DNA of 64,000 nt from positions 18,664,001 to 18,728,000 of the forward strand of contig NC_058368.1 of the NCBI RefSeq assembly GCF_018350175.1, given 5' to 3'. The stretch is from Felis catus (Eukaryota). The notes below the pieces were generated by a model. It was given only the letters and a program-made list of their open reading frames with translations. It did not search any database and was not told where the DNA came from. Position numbers and translations under genes: made by a program. Every line of letters starts with the position of its first letter. Positions within the stretch are counted from its first letter, which is position 1. Shown here piece by piece: positions 48,788 to 61,400 of this stretch.

Positions 48788-49306
48788 CCATGCTCATTTC
48801 CCACCATGTCCACAAAGAGTTTGAGCATCACCAATTCCCTCATGAGGAATCCTGGGTCTGACAGCAGACCCATACTCTACATATACCAATATATACTTTA
48901 TGATTTAGGTTGATGTATGCACACACACTTTATCAAGCTATCGATAAGCCATTCCATGGGAGATATTTATATAGTCTCAACCAATTCTTTTCTTACATTT
49001 CTAGAACTTTGCGCTTTAAAATATTGGAATGCCCCATAGATCTAGTTAGGAGACACTTGAATGGGGTGGCCACTTTCCTGGGAAGGAAACTTTCTTGCCT
49101 TTATGAGAGTTTCATCAGTGGCCCCCTCCTCCCCTGGGGCAGATGCTGGAAAATGCAACGGCCAGATCAGCTGTAGCCATGTGACCTCTCACCCCGGGAG
49201 GACACAAAGCCAAGAGCATCACAGGAAAAGGGACCAGACCCACTCAGTTCAGTCTACCCTAAAGCCAATCTGCATTCTCTGAGCTTTTTAAGAATACCAC
49301 TTTTAA

Positions 49307-49743
49307 GGGCATCTGGGTGTCTCAGTCAGTTAAGCGTCTGACTTTGGCTCAGGTCATGATCTGGGGTTTGTGGGTCTGAGCCTCACGTTGGGCTCTTTGC
49401 TATCACCACAGAGCCTGCTTCAGATCCTCTGTCCCCTTCTCTCTCTGCCCCTCCCTCCCTCGTGGTCTCCCCCCCCCCTTTCAAAAATAAATAAATGTTG
49501 GGGCGCCTGGGTGGCGCAGTCGGTTAAGCGTCCGACTTCAGCCAGGTCACGATCTCGCGGTCCGTGAGTTCGAGCCCCGCGTCAGGCTCTGGGCTGATGG
49601 CTCAGAGCCTGGAGCCTGTTTCCGATTCTGTATCTCCCTCTCTCTCTGCCCCTCCCCCGTTTATGCTCTGTCTCTCTCTGTCCCAAAAATAAATAAACAT
49701 TGAAAAAAAATTAAAAATAAATAAATGTTTATTAAAAAAAAAA
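49307..49743 (+). mobile_element. older CanSINE hosting a nested insertion
   Basis: TSD AAGAATACCACTTT at 49290-49303 and 49744-49757. Confidence 0.95.
49500..49712 (+). mobile_element. young CanSINE nested in the tail of the older SINE
   Basis: Perfect 17-bp TSD AAAAATAAATAAATGTT (49483-49499 and 49713-49729). Confidence 0.98.
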
Positions 49744-49845
49744 AAGAATACCACTTTAATGGGTAACATGAGGTATGTCGCCAGGTAAGCGAAATAAGTG
49801 ATTATTTAAAAACCTCTATCCGCCATTCATATATCCCAGCAGCTG

Positions 49846-49859
49846 CCCTCAGGGGGCGG
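49846..49859 (+). promoter_or_regulatory. CTCF-like motif
   Basis: CCCTCAGGGGGCGG, 12/14 to core consensus. Confidence 0.35.
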
Positions 49860-51084
49860 TTTCTGTGCCTGCTCAGAGCTGGGCCTGTGTGGAGGGAGCA
49901 TGTCAAGGCCCTGCTTAGGACCCGCCTCCAAGGACCCCCTCATCCTTCTGCATCTGCGGTTCCCCTTTCTCCGCCTCTCTCCATCTCTTTTCGGCTTCAA
50001 CACCTTTCCTTTACTTCATCAACTTTAATGAAACGTACAAACAGGAAATTCACATAAGTAACAGGGGAAATGGTTTACAGATTGCCTTTGACGGTCACAT
50101 TTCTCCGTGTTGTTTGATTTGGTTTTCCTACCACGGGAGGAAACAGTCCTACACGCCATTTCACAGACAAAAACCTACGGCCCCCGTAGCTGGGAGACCC
50201 GCCAAGGTCATGTAGCTGCCCTGGGGGCGGCAAAGGGCCCCGAACCCAGGTCACCTGTGCCCAGCCAGGTGTGCTGTCTTCAGAAGAGAGGTTATTCAGA
50301 AGATCCGCTGGCTCTTCCCTGTGGCTGACTAACCGGCCACTGCTGAATGCTTGAGTCCATTCAGACACTGAGGAGACAGGCATGCTTCACAAAGCACAAC
50401 CTTGAGAGCAGCCGGGGCGGGGGGGGAAAATGCCCTGACAAATCTTGCTTCCTTTCAACAGTTCTCTGCCCTACATTGTTCCCAGCATTGTCTGCACTTC
50501 CCCGTTAGTCACTCGGTGAGTCAAGAGCTGGCCAGGGCCAGCTGCAGACACGCACCACTGGCTCCCTCCATCAGGGGCCCAACCACGATGCTGCCTTCCT
50601 CCCGGGCCCTGAGGAGGCCAGGCTCCACAGGCCAACGAGCCACAGGGGACCTCCCAAACCACCTGTTATTGTGACCATGTGCGTGGCCTAAGCGGTTTGT
50701 TTTGATCGGCGTCCCAAAGAGGAAACAAAGCCTATATTTATGTTTAAAAAAGAAAAAAAAAAAAGCTCATTTGCCCAGCCCCCTCTGTAATATTTGGAAT
50801 TCACTGGGCCTTTCCTAAAACCCACTGGAGATCAGAATGAAAAACACCTTCCCACAGTGAAAGTGAACTCCCAGTTTTGGGGGTTAAACATGGAGTCTAT
50901 TGGCATCTTTTCTGAAACTACTTTTTTTAGCCAGGAACTAAGCCTGTGAGGAGCTAGAAAAATCCAAGAGGAAAAATGACTAACTCTCATGGCTTACAGG
51001 GTTTGCTATCCAATCAAAAAGAGGAGAAAACCCAAACAAACATATGTGAGCACATATAACAGACATTTCAGCAAATTCATGAGT

Positions 51085-51545
51085 TGTGAGGTTACAAGTT
51101 GAATTACGTCTCTCCCTTCCTCCCCCAAAAAAAAGATATGCTGGCATCCTAATTCCCAGTATCTCAGAATGTGACCCTATTTAGAGATAGGGTCTTTACA
51201 GAGGTAATCAAGTGAAAATGAACTCATTAGAGTTGGCCCTAAGCCCGAAGGACTGGTGTTCTCGCAAAAGAGGAACATTTGCATGCGGGCACTCACAGGG
51301 ACAACGTCATATAAAGAAGAAGGCAGAGACCCACAAGCTAAGGAACACCAAAAAATTCCAGGAAACCCCCAGAACAAGGAGAGAGGCATGGAACAGCTTC
51401 TCTCTCACAACCTCAGAAGAAACCAACCTTGCCAATGCCTTGATCTCAGACTTCTGGCCTCCGGAACTGAGGTGGTGAATTTCTGTTCTGTCAGCCACTC
51501 AGGGTGTAGCCCATTGGTACAGCAGCCCTACGGCAGACGAGTATG
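51085..51545 (+). mobile_element. MaLR solo LTR (MLT1B/C-like)
   Basis: CCCAGTATCTCAGAATGTGACCCTATTTAGAGATAGGGTCTTTACAGAGGTAATCAAG...GACTTCTGGCCTCC...CAGCAGCCCTA. Confidence 0.9.
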
Positions 51546-51599
51546 GGTGATAACGGTACATTCAATCCACACAGGTTCCTGTACTGGCTCCACCCGATG

Positions 51600-51915
51600 A
51601 GGGCCTTCGCACTAGGGGTTTCCCCAAATCCATTCATGGTTAGCTCCTTCTTGCTATACAGACTTTAGCTTATATGATGCCTCTTCAGACCCTTCCTCAC
51701 CACCCATGCTAAAGAACATCATTCTGCTCCCCCACCACTGCAGCACTCCTTCCCACTCCCTAACTCGTTTTCTTGGTGCCACTGGTCACTCTCCTGCTCA
51801 GTGCTTTTGTGGGTTTATCATCTTTCTCTGTTCCTCCACAATATAAGCTCAGAAGAGCAAAGTTCTCATGTGTCTTGATCACAGCTATGCATTTTAGTGG
51901 GAGCTGAATACATTT
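51600..51915 (+). mobile_element. L2 3' fragment
   Basis: CAATATAAGCTCAGAAGAGCAAAG...GTCTTGATCACAGCTATG. Confidence 0.6.
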
Positions 51916-52689
51916 TTGTAGAGTAGGAGCACACAGAGAAAGGAATTAAGGGATTAGAAATGGGGGGGAAATCTTATTTATTCATGTTTTCATTCAGTTT
52001 ATTCAGTTACCATTTATTAAGAACGTACGAGTGTCTAGAACTCTACAAGACTCTGGAGAAATTCAAAAGACCTTCAAGTCCTATCTATTGATAAACATAG
52101 GAAATTTCCAAAAATAGTCCTGTGCAGTACAAGATAACTAAGAAAGTCGGATTACATCTTATAGCATCTGAAATTGATTTCGGCATTATCACCACTTCCC
52201 ACCTACCCTCTTTCTTCCTTCACCTTTCTGCGTGAAAGCAAGAGTCTTAAGAAAGAAGACAATGGAAACACAATGTACCTAGATTCTCCCTGAGGGGTAA
52301 ATTCCCTAACTGGCCCTTCCATTCTGCACCGTGAAACTCCCAACCCCAAGCGCCTCAGGAAAGTCTCAGCAGCTTCAGCAACCTGTGGCTCCCACCTGAG
52401 TCTCTCCCTTCCCACCTCCCAGTGAGACAGTCAGGGACAGACTGACTTGAGAGTAGAATGAACATTTGTGATGATGATGTCTCATGCCGTTCCTCTACCC
52501 AAATTAGCCTCTAAACACTGACTAACAGTCAATGGCCCTTGCAGTTTATAGCTTGGGGCTAAATGTTACTGCTGTCCACTCCTATCTCTCACTCCATAGA
52601 ATCTGCCCAGGCACAGGTGCCCAGTGGATTGGATCAGGTTGCAGTTGGACCAAAAGATGTTGCCTGTTGTCCCTTTAACCCCAACCCTT

Positions 52690-52895
52690 GGTCCTGTGCT
52701 AAGAAAGTGTTTTGGTTTGTGAATCCTAGTCACTGTCTATCCACTCACTAGGTGTGTAAACTTGCACATGTTCTCTAAATAGTCTATTTCCTTCATAGGA
52801 CAGTGATGATCCCTACCTCACACCAGTGCCATAAGACAGAGCTTATATAAAACCACCAGTAAAGTGCCTTTTCTATACTAGAAACTAATAATAAA
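52690..52895 (+). mobile_element. MIR
   Basis: TTTGTGAATCCTAG...CCACTCACTAGGTGTGTAAACTTG...CCTACCTCAC. Confidence 0.7.
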
Positions 52896-55800
52896 TATCA
52901 ATTAAATATGAACCTTTTCAGTTGTATGTTTGGAGTGTGCATCCTTCATAACTATAGATAAGAATCATCTTTTATATAGCATATGTCAATGAAGAGGTTT
53001 TGCCAGCATTAATTTTCATGGGCCACAGATTATCTAAGATGAAGTTAGGCAGGAGATAAATGTCAAATCACCCAGGCCTGGAGTGGAAGGGGTGGTCAGG
53101 ATCCCAAGAAAAGACTGAGGAAGGTAAAGGGAACCACACCACAAAGAGGACAAGTTCTGGGACACCACTGAGCTATAGTCTAAAGAACGGCAGTGCAGCT
53201 GAGAGTCTTACAGCTGTTGACAATGTAGCATGGCCTGGATTCAACTGCTGTACCTGGAAACAAAAGGAACACTTTTCTACAAGGACCAAAAACATTTACA
53301 TAGAGCTCTGACTCAACTGTGGCAGAAACAAGATGAAACTAAGAAGAGAAACATAACTTCTAAAGAAGGCTGGGTTAGGACCCCATGGTTCTAACAAAAA
53401 TCCCAAGGAACCTATAGGAACCAGGCAAACAATACAAAAGGGTGAAGCAAAGGGTAGAGGACAGAAGCAGGTATAAAGTGCTTGCATTGTGAGTAAGCAC
53501 ATTACCTGCCTGGTGACATTGCCTTTAAAGCACTGCCATGTGACCCAGAGGTTACAAGTTCATGATCTCTGCCGGCAACCCACAAATTTCCTATTTATAT
53601 ATAGTTTGTGACCCCAGATTCTTCACATTGCAATACACTAGTTTCTTAGTGGAATGGCTTGGTGGGTAGGCTGTTGCTGACAATGCGAAACAGATACAGA
53701 GACAAGAAACAATTGATCTAGCTTCTAGGTGATGGCAGAAGGCTTCTATTAGGGAGTCTGGAGGTTCCATCATTGATGTGGGAGAGGCCTCACCAGGCTC
53801 TGACCTTTCAGGTCAGTCAGCTAAACCATTTTTCATGACTAAGGCACAAATTAAAATAAAAAATCCACGAACATGAGATCATAAAGTGTTAATGAAAAAT
53901 TTCTTATGTAAAAAAAGGGAGTGGGGTCTAGTTCTGAAAGATGCCACAATTGTCTTGTTGGGGCGCCATCTTTACCTGCTGCCTAAGGAGCCATCGCTGG
54001 GTGGAGAAGCACGACTGCAAGCTGGTGGCATGAAATGCACGGGCCCGACTGACAGAGCTTCAGAGCAGAGACCGCCTGTTATGACATAATCACGCCACAT
54101 CTCTGGCTCAACTTGCCCACATGCAACTGGCATCCATGCAGGCTGTGTGGGAACAATTTCATCAACTAGTTTTCAGCAAGCACATGAAGCAAATGCCATA
54201 TATTGATGGGCCCCCAAATTAGAACATCCAGGAAAGATGATGTGTTTCTTCCAAGTGTCTTGGTGGACCTCATGCTCTTGTCCAGGGTAAGAAGTCCTCC
54301 CTGATGCATAAGAGGTCAACCCCATCTTCCAGTGGACATTTCATTTGCTGAATGGTCATGGCCAGGTCTCTTCACACCTATACCTGTTTCTCATTTGCAA
54401 AGAGGATGACAATCTCTTCTGATCTCATTCTGGAATGACTGGAGAGGACTATAATGATATCCTAATTCTCTCCAGACTATGGAAGTGCTGTGGCACTTTG
54501 TCATCAGCACTGCCATAACAAACACACTCCTGTTTTGATAATTAAGGTACACTGAAATAGTTAAATATTTCCCAGTGGCTTTTCTAAAAGTGGTAGAAAC
54601 ACAGAGGTAAAATTAACTTTACAGATAAACAACAAAATGCCAGATTCGAAGAAACTTTCATTCGAGGGGTCAATTTTCTCCCTAGGTTTCTACTGCATTG
54701 TTACATCACAAGCAAAGAATATGGAGCATCTAAGTATTAGTAGCCATGTGGCTGGAATAAGCTACCTGGTCACCACTGAAGGCAGATTCTGGATAAAACT
54801 GAACAGTTGAGAACATCATCTATATTGCCTTGGGTTTGCTTACTGTTCCTCCTGAGTAGATGAGAGAAATTAAAATAATAGAAACTTCGACAATAAACCC
54901 ATTAAATCAAGAATACAAAAACACTCACTAATAAAATGGAAAGAACAACTACACCAAAAAGCCTTGACCTCAGATAGTTGAAGATATAGCTCATACTTTC
55001 TGTTCTTTCTGTATTTGCTTTCATAAATTTTTGAAGTTTCTGTTTCTGAATGCTAAGGAAGATATTCAACTCTGAAATTCTCAGCTTTAACCTTTTAACA
55101 AAATTAGATGTTCCAGGAACGTAGGATATGGGTAGATGTGACCCAGATTTTGAATGTAGTGTACATTTTTGCCTTACTTTTATCTCTGTCTACCCCAACC
55201 ATCAAACAATTAAAAAAAAATTTTTTTTTAAAGAAAATGTAAAGGAGATTATCTTACAACAATGACCATATTGTCTCAAATGCCTGCATTTTCTTAGCCC
55301 TCAATTCTTCTACTGTGATCTTCCAGGGAAAAGACCTTGGTGGTTTGGTTGTCCTCATTTGACACATTAGCCACAAGCCTTTCACATACAGAAAACCGGA
55401 GTCATGTATAAATAAGAGTTCATGGAATCCCTTTCAAAACACTCAACACTGCATTTTCAGAGAGCTGTGTCTATCATAGGCCCATCAATTACTGTAATCA
55501 CATCTCCCACTGGCTGGACACCAGTCAGAACATATTTTAAGAATTCAAAGGCCACTCTGTCAAAAACAAACCAGCTTGACTTCGGATCCAGCATTCAGAT
55601 GGGGAGCCGGCAGTGTCTGGTAGTCCAGGAGTTCACCGAGCTGTCCCAGGGGACAGTTGCAGGGGACTGACCTCATTGTGGTTCCTCCGCCACAAGAGGA
55701 ATCAGGCAACTGCCTGATTTGGCACAAGTTCTCATTTCCTCCCCGTGTAGATCCTGAGGCTCAAGGCCTTGTTGTTCAGGACACCATTCGAAGGAGGAAG

Positions 55801-56592
55801 TGGGGCGCTGTTCCCTGTGATAGGACCCCTTCAACTGCAGGCAGGCCGGCGGAAACTCTGACCCTGGCCTTGGATTCCACAGTGAACCAGCTTGATTTCC
55901 ATCTTTGTATAGCGTAGGCTGACAAGTCTTCCTGGGGACAGGCTGTGCATGCACAGTGGTCTTCTCCTCTTTAACCAGGCTTAACCCTAGCGAAGAAAAT
56001 GAGCTTCCATCTATGATGATACCGCATAGCTAGAGGCAGAGCCATTTTCTCCAGCCCCTTCGAAAGTGGGAAGGGGAGGAACCTCAAAGGAAATGGCCAC
56101 TTTGAAAGCCTATGTGTTTGAGTGCTTTGGTTGTTTTGAGAAACAACTTCCAGGTCCTTGTCCAGGCATACGCCAAAGCTAACGCCAAAAGAGATGCAGC
56201 CTGAGGAAGGCAGTACTATCCCCTTGCACATATCGCCAGAGCTATTACAATGTACTCCCCCAGGGGTGCCCTAATGAAGCCCATATTTGGAAGACAAGAC
56301 ATACCACAAGGTCACACTGGGTCTCATTTATGATATGCCTAACTTCACAGCCGAGGTGCCTTGAACCCTGTAGTCAAAGGAATCATTCAGGTGTGTGCTC
56401 TATGAAATGGATCATCCTGTTTAATTTCGAACTTCCTCATGAGCGCTCCATCAGCCTATGTTATTATGGCCTTCCTTTTCCAACTAGAGGCCCGATTTTC
56501 ACTTAGCTGTGAAACTGTGCTATGAAAAAACCTAGATATTTCAGAAACTTTAGAAGAAGCATGTTCACTTAACTCACAAGTTTGCTTAGAAT

Positions 56593-56775
56593 AGAGGGTC
56601 TCAAAGAGCGTGTCCAGGAGCGTCTGCATCTCCTGGGAACTTGTTAGAAATATAAGTTCTCAGACCTGGTCCCAAACCTACTAAATCAGAAAGCCTCATG
56701 GTGGGACTTGATGATCTGTGTTTTAACAAGACCTTCCACTAGATTCAGATGTAGGCTCAGGTTTGAGAACCACTG
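56593..56775. mobile_element. MER5A
   Basis: GCATCTCCTGGGAACTTGTTAGAAAT...CCTACTAAATCAGAA...TCTGTGTTTTAACAAG...TTTGAGAACCACTG. Confidence 0.9.
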
Positions 56776-57582
56776 GCTTAAAAGAGAGATCTCTCTTCAC
56801 CAGTCAGAGAAGCCATATGAAATGGCTGAGTCGCATCTGAAGGTACAATCATTTTTCTCATGAAAGTAGAAGAAAAAACATGGGGTAGAATTTCACTTCA
56901 TGGATCATCTTCCGATATGTTTCTCTTGGAGCAGAGTTCTTAAGCAGGCCTAAAGAACAGAGTAGAAAACGTCCTAGAAGATGTTTTAAACACCGATTAT
57001 TCTAGCAAAGGATGACACATCCTTTACCCCTCAGTCACCTCTGAGCGTCCTTACAACAGTGTGCAACTCTGGTCAGAGAACTCACTCAACCGGGCTGATG
57101 GAGAAAGGGGACCTGTTTGGTTTAACTCCTCGAGGGCCAGCTCCAGCAATGCCATTTTCAAGGTCCAGTAAGAAAGACAGTTGGTGAAAAATGACAACTA
57201 CATAATCTTTGTCACGAAAATAGAAATAAAACACACTCAGCCTTCTCTGGTCACTTCTCACTGAAAGCAGGGGTGCAGACACACAGAATTTCCTTGATAA
57301 CAATACAGAATACCATGCCTGGCCTCTCCCTCTGAGAAAAATGGCGGGTAAAATAGAAAGCTAATATTTCTAATGTTTGATTCTCTTCTTTTTCTCATAA
57401 AAGAAGCAAACTGAAAGCCCAGTTATCCCTTAGAAATTTGCCAGTGGTTTTATGATTTTCATTGAGAGGCCCCTGGCCTAGTTGAAAACTCAGCAACTTG
57501 AGAAACCTTAAGTCTCTCAAAGGATAGGAGTACCCATTTTGTCAGAAACACCAGACTTGTTTAAGTGAGGATGTTCAGTTTT

Positions 57583-57812
57583 TTGTTTTTTGGTTTTTTA
57601 AATTTTTTTTAATGTTTATTTATTTCTGAGACAGAGAGAGACAGAGCATGAGTGGGGGAGGGGCAGAGAGAGAGGGAGACACAGAATCCGAAGCAGGCTC
57701 CAGGCTCTGAGCTGTCAGCACAGAGCCCGACGCGGGGTCGAACTCACAAACCGTGAGATCATGACCTGAGCCGCAGTCGGTCACTCAACCGACTGAGCCA
57801 CCCAGGCGCCCC
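57583..57812 (-). mobile_element. CanSINE (SINEC_Fc-like)
   Basis: Perfect 16-bp TSD GAGGATGTTCAGTTTT (57567-57582 and 57813-57828). Confidence 0.98.
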
Positions 57813-58116
57813 GAGGATGTTCAGTTTTAAGAGATACGAATAACATGTGAGTCCTTTTCTTATGTCTGATTTCTTATTCATTCAAATTAGTTACTATTTT
57901 TATATCCTAAAACTAACCAATGAAAGGAAAAGAAGAAAGTTTTCCCTTCCTAAGTGCCTCTCACCATCATTTACAAATAAAAGAATTGCTGTTCAATGAA
58001 GTTCATAGGGTCATAGGGTGAGTTGCCAATTCTCATAGTCCACTTTTGTGGAATAATACTCCCTTATCTAGGGCATAAAAATGGAGCAAATTTAGCAAAT
58101 TGAGGCAAGCTTCTTG

Positions 58117-58233
58117 TTTTTTTTTTTAAGATTTTATTTTTGAGTAATCTCTACTCCCCAACTTGCAGCCCAGACCCACAACCCCAAGATCCAGAGTCTC
58201 ATGCTCTACCCCACGGAGCCAGCCAGGTGCCCC
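58117..58233 (-). mobile_element. short CanSINE
   Basis: AAGATTTTATTTTGAGTAATCTCTAC...GAGCCAGCCAGGTGCCCC; flanks AAGCTTCTTG / AAGCTCCTTG. Confidence 0.9.
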
Positions 58234-58899
58234 AAGCTCCTTGCTTTGAAGCAAGGATTCGCTATGGCCACGAAAGAGAATGGGGATAAAGTTCAAGCCT
58301 AAAGGAGCAAAGGATAAAGGGAAAGAATAGAAGTGGGATTTTAGAACCAAGCAGACTCGAAAAAAGAGAGGGGAGTAAAGACAGAGGCCATCAAGGACAC
58401 ATCACCTACCTGTTCAGCCCAAACCTTGTATCAGTGCCAAAAGCTGGGCGCTTGCCTGGCTGTGTGCTCTCTCGCGGTCCCTTCTAGACTGCTGGCTCCC
58501 TCTCCTTCTCCAGGGAAAGCTGCTGGTGTTCTCCTTACATCCAAGTCTAACTACTACCCCAGAATTGCCTCCTGCCAGGGGAATTAACTGACATTAATTA
58601 AGTGATATTAAGTTCTAGGAGCAATTAATTGATATGAATTCATTTCTGTAAGTTCTGTCCTGATGTAACGTAACCGACTAATGTGTTAACCAACTAATGC
58701 GTTAGGTACATAGTTTAAATCTTCAAAACCCAGCCACGTGATATCTGAAACAATAAACTGCATAGATTTCTCAGAAGTGAAATTGGAAAAAAAAAAGTTA
58801 GTACAAATATGCAAGATTGGGAATGGCAAGATTGCTGTGAAGAAGTTATTTTATTACATGGAAACTATGGGCAACTCTCTGCTAATAACTCTGAAAACA

Positions 58900-60060
58900 G
58901 GTGGCTTGGGGAGATGACTTACATTGAATTGAGAACTAGAACATTTTAAGATACAGATAGTCATGACAGAAATGGACGGTATTCTCAGAGAATTGCCTCC
59001 CTAAAAAGTCTGACCAGTTCATTTTATAGGCAAATTATACATTTTTTTTACAAATAAATACTACTTGGGCTCTATCCAGTCCCATAGAAGTATCTTGATA
59101 AACTTCTCCATTCATTCTATGACTCTACCATAACCCAGATTCTACCACTTAACAAAAAGAACACAAAATGAAAAACTGCAGATCTCACTCACTTACAATG
59201 TAGATCTAAAAACATCTAAACAAACTAACAAATCTAGTGCAGCAATACGACAAAAAAGTAAGAAATGACCCAATATGGCTTCATGGTGCATGTGTAGGTG
59301 GCTGAATATTAGTAAATCAACTCCTATAATACATCACTTCCAGGACATGGGGGAAATAGAAGATCATTATTTCAACAGATATCAAACATATAAGAACCAT
59401 TCCTCAATTTTGAAAAAGAAGTAGTTAGCAAACTACTAGTAGTAAGTAGTTAAGGTAATACTACCTTAACATTCCAAATAATACTATTTTTCAATCAACA
59501 GGTATTTTAATTAACAGTGAGATGCCCTGGGTGCCCTCATAAAAATCAACAGAACAAATAAATAACGGACATATAAACACAACAACTCATTGTGTATCTT
59601 CTAGCCAATGCAAGACACCAAACAAATAAAACAGATGCATAATAACTAGAAAAAGATAAAATTTCTTTTCAATGTATAACTGTCTATATAAAAAGAAAAC
59701 AAGGCACACATGCACACACATGCATGAACAAAAGTAAAAAATAAAAACAAAAACTCAACAGCTTTTATATTTTTATATATTATTATAAATATGTACACAT
59801 ACATATAAACAAAATTGGAAAACGTAAGGAAAAATTATCCAATTCATAATAACAGCAATACATAGACTGCATCAGTACAGCCTTAAAAATAAAGCTGTGT
59901 GGGACATGTACAAAATAGATAATGCTTTATGGAAGGACATAAAGAGAAAACAAGTAATCGTGTAAATGTTATAAAGATATCAGTTCTTCCCGAAGAGATC
60001 TATAGGCTCGAAGTATTTGGGATAAAAACAAAAAACAAAACTCTAATATTCAGTAAGCAT
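58900..60060 (+). mobile_element. very old L1 ORF2 relic
   Basis: AAACTTCTCCATTCATTCTATGA, TTCTAGCCAATGCAAGAC and TAAATGTTATAAAGATATCAGTTCTTCCC are collinear with L1 ORF2; boundaries approximate. Confidence 0.65.
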
Positions 60061-61109
60061 TTTTGCGTCCTCAGACGAACTGCTTTGGATAATTTAAGGT
60101 GCCGAGCAAGATAATCCACTGTGAACTATTCAGGCAGATGCCCAAAAGAACTTCAGCTTCATCAGGCAACATTTACTGAGCTCCTAACTTGGGACAAGCA
60201 ATAATTATCAACACTGGCAATGAGACGACTGTGCATGCCCCTAGAGCACCTGGCCAGAATCCGGAGGCGCCGGCAGGTGCTCAGGTGTGCCACCAGTAAT
60301 GAGGACAGCTGATGCCCAGTGGGGAGCAATTGTGGGGAGTGATGACTGTGCTAAGCAAGTTGTTCTCAGCTGGCCCCTCACGTCAGAGCCCAGCGAGAGC
60401 TGTCCCCACTGGAAAGTGAAGGGCTAAGGAGCCACAGCCTGAGGCTCCTAAAAGAGGGAGTCTCTGTGGACCCTAGAAATGGTGAAAAGACAGCCCGGGG
60501 CTTAAGGACGCTGCTAACAAAACTCGGAGAGGCAGAACTTGCAACGTGTTGACCTCCAAAAATGCAAGGTGTGGAGCAGGAGAGGGGGAATCGAGTCCAG
60601 TCTTACTTCTCAAATTTGACCAAGTGCCCGCTGTGATGGTGAACTCCTGTGCCTTCAGAGAAGGAAGAGGGATGGCCAGACTGGTTCCCCACCTGCCCCA
60701 AGCACAGCCCTACTGTATTATAATAACCATAGGCTAAGTTCCGAAAGAGAAAGCAGATCGGGGCTGCCCAACTCCACGGCCTGCCGATCTACCATAGCCT
60801 ATAAGGCCAATGTGAATGCTAAGACAGAGAAGAGAGCAGAGTATTGGCTGACTCATCAGTGGGGCAGGAATGGGGCTTGCCCCACAGGAGGCCACAGCTG
60901 GGCTCAGCCCTCCGCTGGTGTGCGAGCACTTCCGGCACATCGGCAAGACCATGCTCTCCCGTACCCTGCCAGAGAGGAGAATCCAAGAGGGGAGCGGGGA
61001 GTGTATGAGGTCTCTGGTTTATTGCCTGAATTCTGGAATTCCTATGACCTCTGGCGTCAGCTGCAGCTGCAACCCCATCCCTCCTCCGCTCCCCTCAACG
61101 CTCTCCATG

Positions 61110-61400
61110 TTTCAGGGCTCAGTTGAAATGCCTGCTTCTTTTCCGGGAAGTATTCCCCAACTCCACCCTGGCCCCATGAAGGCAATTCTATCAGAACGTG
61201 TTGCCTTGAACCCCACGTTCCCGAGCACTTTGCTTACATCTCCAACACAGCATTTGTCCCACATTGCTTTTGATTCTAGTCAGTTGAATTCCATCTGCAG
61301 ACTACAGACTGTAGGAGACAGGTGGGACCATCTCCTCTTTTGATGGGGAGAACAACAGTTTGCTCAGCAAATCGGGATACTCACTAAATATTTTTTAAGT
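61110..61400 (+). mobile_element. L2 3' fragment
   Basis: GGGCTCAGTTGAAATGCCTGCTTCTTTTCCGGGAAG...ACTCACTAAATATTTTTTAAGTGA. Confidence 0.5.

Noticed and set aside
479..58233. tRNA genes suggested by A/B-box motifs
   Set aside because: All are tRNA-derived heads of CanSINEs followed by CT tracts and/or A tails, most with TSDs
14304..58486. Identical 13-mer GCGGTCCCTTCTA at 14304-14316 and 58474-58486, near two candidate first-exon donors
   Set aside because: Roughly 30 chance 13-mer pairs are expected in 64 kb; similarity does not extend
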